Virus record (IMG/VR): IMGVR_UViG_3300018073_000003
Span: 1 to 43,920 of that record
Length of the DNA stretch: 43,920 bases
Origin: a virus
Lineage: Duplodnaviria; Caudoviricetes
Direction: 5' to 3' (one strand)
Both the position numbers and the translations under genes were made by a program. Each line of letters starts with the position of its first letter. Within the stretch, counting starts at the first letter, position 1. This document shows positions 16,299 to 23,487 of the stretch, piece by piece. The notes under the pieces were generated by a model, which was not told the DNA's origin, searched no databases, and saw nothing but the letters and a program-made list of their open reading frames with translations.

Positions 16299-16345
16299 CG
16301 CTGGGTGTGCTACTCTGAACGACTGACCCTTGAGGGAGGGACGAC
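16299..16345 (+). promoter_or_regulatory. Degenerate cassette 6 (operator half-site plus -10-like element)
   Basis: cgctgggtgtgcta matches the right half of cassette 5; TACTCT; GAGGGAGG RBS; no TTGACA. Confidence 0.5.
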
Positions 16346-16687
16346 ATGAAAGTGAACATCGCGATTGAACTGAGCGAAGACCAGCTGCGCCGCGTGCGCG
16401 CTGGCGCCTACAAGCGAGGCGGGCGCGCGACCCGCAGCGAGGTGCGGATGTGGGTGACGCTGCTGGTCGGCCGCGCGCTGCAGGCGGGCCCCGACCCGAT
16501 CACCCGCCGCAAGGCGACGCCCAAGTCGGAGCCCCGGCCGGAGCCGGAGCCCGACGTCGAGGTGACCGACGAGACGCGCTGCGCGCACTGCAAGCGCCAG
16601 CGCGACAGCCACGGGAAGATGATGTTGACGTGCCTGCCGGGCTTCGGAGCGCCCGTCGGCAGCCGGTTCAGCCCGGCAGGAGGATGA
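16346..16687 (+). CDS. Hypothetical protein with C-terminal CxxC..H..C
   Basis: 113 aa, strong RBS. Confidence 0.7.
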   Translation: MKVNIAIELSEDQLRRVRAGAYKRGGRATRSEVRMWVTLLVGRALQAGPDPITRRKATPKSEPRPEPEPDVEVTDETRCAHCKRQRDSHGKMMLTCLPGFGAPVGSRFSPAGG

Positions 16688-16688
16688 C

Positions 16689-17012
16689 GTGCTTATCGAC
16701 GTGACGGTGCAATCAAACGGCTATGACATGCGGCAGCAGGGGAAGCGGATCCACCTGCTGCCCGACGTGCTGGAGGTGCGCTACAACACGCGCGGCGGCA
16801 AGATCGACATCGTGCGGGGCACCCGCGACAAGCTCGCGTCCGCGCTGCGCAAGGCAGGCTACGACGTCGTGTGGATCGATCAGAACCCGGCGGTCGTGCT
16901 CGGCGCGATGACCAGCCAGCGCAAGGCCGAGGCGTCGCGCAAGAACGGCGCGAAGCACAAGGGCACCAAGCGCAAGGCGGCGGCGAAGGCTACGCCGACC
17001 ACTGCCCGCTGA
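16689..17012 (+). CDS. Hypothetical basic protein
   Basis: C-terminal NPAVVLGAMTSQRKAEASRKNG basic motif seen in small phage DNA-binding proteins; GGAGG RBS. Confidence 0.65.
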   Translation: MLIDVTVQSNGYDMRQQGKRIHLLPDVLEVRYNTRGGKIDIVRGTRDKLASALRKAGYDVVWIDQNPAVVLGAMTSQRKAEASRKNGAKHKGTKRKAAAKATPTTAR

Positions 17013-17454
17013 TGCTGACGCTGGGCTGGAAGCCGCTGGCGTGCGCCTCGCGGAACAGCTGACCGTCCACGAACAACTGGGCGGTCAGCGTGCCCTCCTC
17101 GAACAGCGCCGACGACACCACCAGCGACATGAACATCAACGTGCGGGTCGAGCGGATGGTGGCGAACCACGGCAGGTCGGTCGTCAGTAGCGTGGTGCCT
17201 TCCGACGTGCTGCTGTGGCTGATGTCGACCCGGCGCACGGTGCCCACGACGCGGAACTCGAACTCATGCACCTTCGCCGGTTCGGGCACCGGCGTGGGCC
17301 CGGGCGTCGGGTTGCGGGCGGCGTTGCAGGCGTCGCGCCGCGCGGCGTCGTGGATCTGCTCGCACTCGTTCTCGTCTTCGTCGGAGCAGGCGCAGGCGGC
17401 GGCCACGACGGGGAGCACGGCAGACAGAAACATGCGGCGGTTCAGCTGGGTCAT
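16990..17454 (-). CDS. Tat-signal lipoprotein with MmpS-like beta-sandwich
   Basis: NRRMFL twin-arginine motif, lipobox-like AAAC; PT linker; EFRVVG..VDI....LPW......SL.....GTLTAQLFVDG. Confidence 0.65.
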   Translation of the reverse strand: MTQLNRRMFLSAVLPVVAAACACSDEDENECEQIHDAARRDACNAARNPTPGPTPVPEPAKVHEFEFRVVGTVRRVDISHSSTSEGTTLLTTDLPWFATIRSTRTLMFMSLVVSSALFEEGTLTAQLFVDGQLFREAHASGFQPSVSISGQWSA

Positions 17455-17506
17455 AGGCTGGCCAGACTAGCACATCGAACGATAGGTTCACCGAGGGAGC
17501 GAGACA

Positions 17507-17590
17507 ATGGAAGCGATCATTTTTTGGTTCATCGTCGGCGCGGTCCCGCTGGTGCCGGTCGTGCTGTTCCTCCTACTGGTCGAGGACTAG
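17507..17590 (+). CDS. 27-aa membrane peptide
   Basis: MEAIIFWFIVGAVPLVPVVLFLLLVED after ccgagggag RBS. Confidence 0.5.
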   Translation: MEAIIFWFIVGAVPLVPVVLFLLLVED

Positions 17591-17724
17591 CGGGCGGGCA
17601 GCACCGCCAGCAGCTGCACGATGATGACAAGGATCACCGCGACCCACAGCGGGGCCTTGCCCAGCGAACTGGCGATGGTGATCAGCAGCGCGGCAACGAG
17701 CAGAATGAGTGTGATTGTCAACAT
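17587..17724 (-). CDS. 45-aa two-TM membrane protein (holin candidate)
   Basis: MLTITLILLVAALLITIASSLGKAPLWVAVILVIIVQLLAVLPAR; GGAGG RBS. Confidence 0.6.
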   Translation of the reverse strand: MLTITLILLVAALLITIASSLGKAPLWVAVILVIIVQLLAVLPAR

Positions 17725-17749
17725 GGCTGACCTCCGAGAGCGGGGTGGC

Positions 17750-17763
17750 CGGTCTATAGACCG
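17750..17763. promoter_or_regulatory. Perfect palindrome CGGTCTATAGACCG between divergent genes
   Basis: Intergenic; related to 12548-61. Confidence 0.45.
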
Positions 17764-17773
17764 AGGTGGACGC

Positions 17774-18016
17774 ATGGCGGTCGTGAAGCTCGAACCAAAA
17801 CCGCGACGCCCCGTGCGCAACCCGGCGACGGCGCATCTGCGTCGTCACCCGATGGGCGTCTGCACCGGCTGCGGCGTCGGCGCGAGCTTCGATCACATCC
17901 TCTACACCGACACGATGAACGACGACTGGCACGCCGACTGCTACGTGCGCGTCAAGCGCCACGGGCCGCCGAAGCACTGGTCGCTCGGGCGCCGCGTGCT
18001 GCCCTTCACTCGCTGA
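17774..18016 (+). CDS. Small zinc-finger protein (CTGC...WHADC)
   Basis: ATG 17774 after GAGGTGG. Confidence 0.55.
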   Translation: MAVVKLEPKPRRPVRNPATAHLRRHPMGVCTGCGVGASFDHILYTDTMNDDWHADCYVRVKRHGPPKHWSLGRRVLPFTR

Positions 18017-21000
18017 CCGGGTGAATCTGGTCGCGCGAGAACACTTGATACTCGTCGGGGTTCACGCGGTCGCCGCGAAACACCACGCCGTCGTGCTCGG
18101 GCGTCAGCGCCTCCAGCGCCTTGCGCTTCGCGTCGCCGAAGCTCAGCCCCTTCTTCTGCAACCGCCGCACCGCGTCAGTGATGTCCAGCGGGTGGCGCAT
18201 CGAGACGTGCGCGGCGAGCACCCGGCCCGCAGGCGTCTTGATGCCCGCGCCCGGCGGCCGCGTGTAGCCCGAGGCCGCGCGCGGGTCGGTCGTGAACGAC
18301 ACACCGGCGGCACCCGACCGTGGCCGCACGTTCTTGCGCGCCGGGTCAAGGTCGGTCACCGCGATGTCGCGCGACGTACTGCCGTGGTAGAGCGTCAACG
18401 GGGCCCCGCCGGGCTCGCGCAGCAGCGGGCGCTGCGTGTCCTGCGACGTCGCCGTCACGTCGTCACCGACGCGCCCCCGGGCGCCTAAGTCGCCCTCCGG
18501 TGCGGTCGCCGCTGCGGCGGGTTCCCGCTGCTGGCGCGCGCGCTGGCGCTTCCACCACTTCAGCATCTTGGCCTGCTCGCTCGACAGTCGCGGGTCGGCT
18601 TCCAGCGCCGCGATGCGCGAGTCGATCTGCGCCGGGTCCAACGTGGACGCGCGCTCGTAGACGCCGGGCCGCCGGGCCGCTGCCGCCTTGCGTCCCGCCG
18701 GGCTGCCGCGCTGCCACGCCATGCCGCCGGTCTGCTGCTCTTGGAACTTCAGCAGGTCGAAGACCGAGTACTGGTTGAACTCCATCCCCAGCGTCTTCGC
18801 GATGAGGTTGTTGTGCCCGCGCGACGGCGTCGCCACCACATCGAGCACCAGCGTGCCCTTGGGCACCTCGCGGCCACCGAACTTCACCGGCAGCTTGCCT
18901 GCGCGGCGGTCGGCCGGTGTGCGCCCGGTGCTGACCCAGCCGCCAATCGCGTAGTCGGGGTTGCGCAGCAGGTCGGCGTTGTCCTGCATGAAGGCGACCA
19001 CGGCAGGCGTCCAGCCTTCCTTCGCGTTGCGCGCCGCCGGAGGAATCATCAGCTGGCGCTCGGGGAAGATGGACACCGCCGTGACGTCGTCGCCGCCGCG
19101 ATGCTGGCCGCTCAGCGTGGTTGTCGACCCGCCGTTGGCCTCGATGCTCTCGGTGATCTCTTTGGCCAGCTTGGTGTCGCGGTCGGTCACCAGCTTCTCG
19201 GCGACCTCGCGCTGGCGCTCGGCGCTCATCCGGCCCGACACCGGCGTCTCAGCCAGCCGCGCCTCGGTCGCCTGCTGCAGCACCTGCTGCTGGTCGAGCG
19301 GCAGGCCCTGCGTGCCCTTGCGGCCGCCGAACAGATCGCTCCCATACTTCTCGCGGAACCACAGCGCCGCCTGCGCGTGCTCGGGCTCCATGCCTGCGCG
19401 GCGCGCCGCCTCCATCACGTTGCGCTCGGTCATCTCGTAGCCGACGTCGGCGATGGTCTTGCTGCTGACATACTCGCTGCCCTGCGCGGTGCTGCGGTGC
19501 GCCTGCCGCACGGTGGGCGTCTCGAACTTCTGCGCCAGCACCTGCGACTCGCGCTCGATGCGGGCCAACTCGCGCGGCGTGATCGGCGTGCCACGGGCCT
19601 CGGCGCGCTTGGTCGCCTCGGCCATCAGCCGCTCTTCCAGCTGCGACTGCCGCGTCGGGTCCACGCGGCCTTCGACGACGCGCTGCCGACGGTCGCCACC
19701 GCGCACCAGCGGCTGCCCGGTCTTGGGGTCGATCACCGGCGCGCCGCTGGGCGTGCGCCGCACGACGGGCTCGTCGGTGCGCAGTGGGATTTCAGTGGGC
19801 AGCCCCATCGCGCGGAGGATCCAGCGGTCGTTGGTGGTCGGCGTGATCATCTGGCCGATGGCGTTCTCGCGCTGGATGCCCGCGAGGTTGTGGAAGTAGC
19901 TCTCGATCTTCCGCCCGCCCAGTTCGCCCTTCGTGCCTTCGATGATCGCGCGCAGCGCCGGGATGCCCGGCTTCTCCTCGTCCATGCCGAACACGCGCTC
20001 GACCTCGCGCTTGCGGCGGCCCTTAGCTGGCGCCACCCGCTCGGTCGTGATGGCGCGACTCTGCAGCCACTCCATCAGTTCCGGCCGCGTGAGGTCGTCG
20101 GGCGCGGCGGCCACGATGTCGGCGACGCGCTTGTAGAGCCGGAAGTTATCCGCCGGGGGCGTGTTGGTGCCGAACGCCGCCAGCGCCTCCAGCCCGAAGT
20201 GCTGCTTGGGCGTGAGCCCGGTCGTGGGGTCGACCAGCGCGTTGGACCCGGCCGGGATGTGCTGCTCGACCATGTCGCGCGCGCCTTCATACCAGCCGCT
20301 GTTGACCGCCTGCTCGGTGTCGATCATCCGCTCGGTGCGCCGCACGTCGGTGAGCTTGCGCCCGCTGGCGGCGTCGGCCTGCTCGACCAGCGTGCGGGCC
20401 TTCTCCTCCGCGCTGGCCAGTTCGCCTTGCACCTTCTCGGCGATCCGCTCGGGGGTCCACGTCGGGTACTTCTGCTGGAAGTGGGCCGTCAGCATCGGCT
20501 CCAGCTTCTGCCGCGCGATGGCCGGGCTGCGCCCCTCGGCGAGGTCACCGGCGATGTGCACCAGCGCCTTGCGGGTCGGCGGCATCCGCTTGTAGGCCAT
20601 CGCCCCGAACGCCACGCCGCTGCCGCCCAGCGCGAGGATCTGCAGGCCGCTGGCCACCGACGCCCGCGTGCCCTCGTCGGGGATGAGCCGCCGCATGGCG
20701 GATGAGTCGGCCAGTTCCTGCGCCGACAGCGCGAGCGTAGGCCCGGCCACCACGTTGACGCCGCCCTCGGTCGCCCCGGCCAGCAGCCGACGGCCAATCC
20801 GGCCCGATAGCGCCTTGACCGTCGCGGCAGGCTCCGCGCGGGTGCCCAGCGCGCCCAGCCCGAACTGCAACCCGCCGCCGATGACCTGCCCGGGGTCGCC
20901 GGTATCCAAACCGCGCTGGAGCCCCGCTGCGCCCTGCAGGGCGGTGGCCCCCGCCAACGTCCGCGCCACCGCCGATACGGGCTTGGCGAAGCGCGTGGCC

Positions 21001-23480
21001 GCTGCCAGCGGCCGTAGCGCGGAGGTCGCGGCAAACCCGACGTCGAGCGGGGACGTGAACTGCGCCGCCGTCTTGAGCATCCGCGTCAGCGTCGGGTGGC
21101 CTTCGATGGTGGGCGCCGTCAGCAGCGGGCGGCTGGCCGGTTCGAGCAAGTCGGACGCCGACTGCAGCAGGTTGCCGCCGCCCGCCCGCAGCACCTCCGG
21201 CGACGACCGCAGGCGCGCCTCCTCGACCGACTCGGGCGAGTGCTGCTCGGGGTCGAGGCTGGGGTCCACCGGCTCGTCGTCTTCGTCGGGGACGCGGTCG
21301 GGGATGGGGTCGGTGCCGCCGTCGGGGTCGGTGTCGGGCTCGGTCGCCCCGGGCGCCAGCGACTGGCCCGACTGGATGAGCGCCTGCTGGAGCCGCTCCT
21401 CCTCGGGGGTCAATCCCTTGCCGTCGGTTTCGGGCAGCGCCTCCTGCCCCTCGCCGACGCCCCCGGCCACCGACTGCACCGCCATCCGCTGCATCACCGC
21501 GCGGAGCCCCTCGACGTCGTTCTTGCGCAGCGCGTCGAGGAACGCGAGCCGGGCCTTGGCCGTGAACAGATTGAACTCGGGAGACTTCACCAGCTTGGTC
21601 GCGCCGTAGATCAGCGCGCCACCGGCCACGCCTGCCAACCCCGCCGGGTTGCCCGACATGATCGCGCCGATCACCCCGCCGCTCGACACCGAGGCTCCAG
21701 CGATGGCCGCTATTTTTTCGCCCAGCCCCTTGGTCTGGCCGGTGCGCCGCACCACGGTGTCGCTGATGACGTCGTCGAGGTTGGTGTTCCAGCTGTAGGC
21801 GCGGTTGGGCGCCACGATCTCGGGCACCTTGTCGGCGATGCCGCCGCGCAGCGCGTGGGCGCCTTCCTTGGTCGCGCCGCGCTTGCTGGCCTCGGCCATG
21901 TCGGAGAGGAACCCCTTGCCGCGTGCGCCCGCGACGAAGTCGTCCCAGATTTGCCGCACGTTGCGCGCGGCGTCGACCGACATATCCGACCCGTAGGCTT
22001 GCAGCTGCTGCGTCAGCCCGTCGATGGTGTCGACCGCCGCTTGGTTGTGGACGATGGGCGCGCCGGTGGTGTCGTTGGCGCCCATGAACGACTGCCGGAA
22101 CGTGCGCAGGCGGTCCAGCAGCGGCTGCGTCTCGATGCGGCTGGGCTCGACCTCGTCGGCGAGTCGGCCCAGACGCTTGCTCGCGACCCGGCCCGCCCGG
22201 TAGACGGTCTTGACCGCGCGGCCGCGCAGCGCGGTGTGGAAGACCTGCGACACCTCCTGCAGGCCCGCCAACTGCTGCGCGCGCTGCATCAGTTCCGGCT
22301 GCAGCGTCTTGAGCACGTCGTCGACCGTGGCCTGCGCCGCCTTGAGCGTGCCCAGCGACGTCGCGGTGGGGTTGAGCGCCCGCAGGCCCTTGCTGACGTT
22401 GAGCAGCGACTCACGCGCCTCGGGCGCGAGCACGACACCGACGTTGTTGGACTGCGCCAGCAGGTTGTCGGCGGCGATGAGCACCGACCGCCGCGCGGCC
22501 TTCAGCTTCCCGGCGACGCTGGCCTGCCGCACGTTGCTCAGCACGTCGTCGATGTGCTGGCCCGCGACGTCAGCCGCCGCCCGCGCGCTCTTCTGCAGCT
22601 TGTCGAGCCCGGCGAACCACGGCGACTGCTCGACGAACTCGCGCCAGTTCTGATCGACCCACCGCTTGTTTTCCTTGATGGTCGGCGACAGCACCATGCC
22701 CGCGTTGTGCTTGGCGGCCGCCAGCTGCGAGGCTTCATCGGCGGCGCCGCCCGGCATGAACCCGCCAAGGATGCCACCGGCGACCGCGCCCTCGGCGCCC
22801 CGGCGCGACTGCGCCTCGCCCAGCACGCCACCGACAGCGGCCTCGCGCGGGATCGCCTTGGCGATGCGCAGCAGCCGCGAGCCCTGCGCGCCGCGCGACA
22901 CGGGCAGCGCAGCGGTCAGCGCCAGCTGCGTGCCGAACGCCCCGCCCTTCTGCCAGCCGTTCTCCAGCTGCAGCGACTCGTCGAAGGTGCCGTATTCCTT
23001 GGGCTCGGGCACGCGCGACGACGGCAGCGCCATCGCCTCCAGCGCGGTGTCGCGCACCGGGTTGCTCGGCATCTCGCGGCCGGTCATTGCCGACAGCATC
23101 GACTCAGCGGCGCCGGGCCCGGCGTATTGGTAGAGGGCCCGCAGCGTGTTGATGGCTTCGCGCGGCACTTCTTTCGCGCCGCCGATCAGCATCTGCTTCG
23201 CGTTGCCGAACGCCATGTCGCGCATGACGTCGAACACCGGCCGCTCGGCCGTCTCGCGCTCGGCAGCGGCCTCGGCCTGCGGGCGCACGGGCATCCCCGA
23301 CTCGGCCATGATGTCGCCGAAGTCGGGCGTCTGCAGCGCCCCGCCCAGCGGCGAGGTGTCGCGCATCGCCGAGAGCATCGACGGCCCGCTGCCGGGCATC
23401 GTGAAGCCGGTGTCGGGCGGGGGCGGCGGCGCGCTGGCGGGCGCGAACGCCTTGATGTCGCCGAGGCTGTATTGACCCAT
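18006..23480 (-). CDS. Large internal virion/ejection polyvalent protein with C-terminal ART-PolyVal-like ADP-ribosyltransferase domain
   Basis: 1824 aa, last gene of the ejection cluster; C-terminal PLTLYHGS..GVSFTTDP..ASGY..GRVLAAHVSMRHPL..HDGVVF..EYQVFSRDQI. Confidence 0.8.
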   Translation of the reverse strand: MGQYSLGDIKAFAPASAPPPPPDTGFTMPGSGPSMLSAMRDTSPLGGALQTPDFGDIMAESGMPVRPQAEAAAERETAERPVFDVMRDMAFGNAKQMLIGGAKEVPREAINTLRALYQYAGPGAAESMLSAMTGREMPSNPVRDTALEAMALPSSRVPEPKEYGTFDESLQLENGWQKGGAFGTQLALTAALPVSRGAQGSRLLRIAKAIPREAAVGGVLGEAQSRRGAEGAVAGGILGGFMPGGAADEASQLAAAKHNAGMVLSPTIKENKRWVDQNWREFVEQSPWFAGLDKLQKSARAAADVAGQHIDDVLSNVRQASVAGKLKAARRSVLIAADNLLAQSNNVGVVLAPEARESLLNVSKGLRALNPTATSLGTLKAAQATVDDVLKTLQPELMQRAQQLAGLQEVSQVFHTALRGRAVKTVYRAGRVASKRLGRLADEVEPSRIETQPLLDRLRTFRQSFMGANDTTGAPIVHNQAAVDTIDGLTQQLQAYGSDMSVDAARNVRQIWDDFVAGARGKGFLSDMAEASKRGATKEGAHALRGGIADKVPEIVAPNRAYSWNTNLDDVISDTVVRRTGQTKGLGEKIAAIAGASVSSGGVIGAIMSGNPAGLAGVAGGALIYGATKLVKSPEFNLFTAKARLAFLDALRKNDVEGLRAVMQRMAVQSVAGGVGEGQEALPETDGKGLTPEEERLQQALIQSGQSLAPGATEPDTDPDGGTDPIPDRVPDEDDEPVDPSLDPEQHSPESVEEARLRSSPEVLRAGGGNLLQSASDLLEPASRPLLTAPTIEGHPTLTRMLKTAAQFTSPLDVGFAATSALRPLAAATRFAKPVSAVARTLAGATALQGAAGLQRGLDTGDPGQVIGGGLQFGLGALGTRAEPAATVKALSGRIGRRLLAGATEGGVNVVAGPTLALSAQELADSSAMRRLIPDEGTRASVASGLQILALGGSGVAFGAMAYKRMPPTRKALVHIAGDLAEGRSPAIARQKLEPMLTAHFQQKYPTWTPERIAEKVQGELASAEEKARTLVEQADAASGRKLTDVRRTERMIDTEQAVNSGWYEGARDMVEQHIPAGSNALVDPTTGLTPKQHFGLEALAAFGTNTPPADNFRLYKRVADIVAAAPDDLTRPELMEWLQSRAITTERVAPAKGRRKREVERVFGMDEEKPGIPALRAIIEGTKGELGGRKIESYFHNLAGIQRENAIGQMITPTTNDRWILRAMGLPTEIPLRTDEPVVRRTPSGAPVIDPKTGQPLVRGGDRRQRVVEGRVDPTRQSQLEERLMAEATKRAEARGTPITPRELARIERESQVLAQKFETPTVRQAHRSTAQGSEYVSSKTIADVGYEMTERNVMEAARRAGMEPEHAQAALWFREKYGSDLFGGRKGTQGLPLDQQQVLQQATEARLAETPVSGRMSAERQREVAEKLVTDRDTKLAKEITESIEANGGSTTTLSGQHRGGDDVTAVSIFPERQLMIPPAARNAKEGWTPAVVAFMQDNADLLRNPDYAIGGWVSTGRTPADRRAGKLPVKFGGREVPKGTLVLDVVATPSRGHNNLIAKTLGMEFNQYSVFDLLKFQEQQTGGMAWQRGSPAGRKAAAARRPGVYERASTLDPAQIDSRIAALEADPRLSSEQAKMLKWWKRQRARQQREPAAAATAPEGDLGARGRVGDDVTATSQDTQRPLLREPGGAPLTLYHGSTSRDIAVTDLDPARKNVRPRSGAAGVSFTTDPRAASGYTRPPGAGIKTPAGRVLAAHVSMRHPLDITDAVRRLQKKGLSFGDAKRKALEALTPEHDGVVFRGDRVNPDEYQVFSRDQIHPVSE

Positions 23481-23487
23481 CAGCGTC

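Noticed and set aside
17275-17310. VPEP in the lipoprotein as a second PEP-CTERM
   Set aside because: Internal to a PT linker and not followed by a TM helix and basic tail
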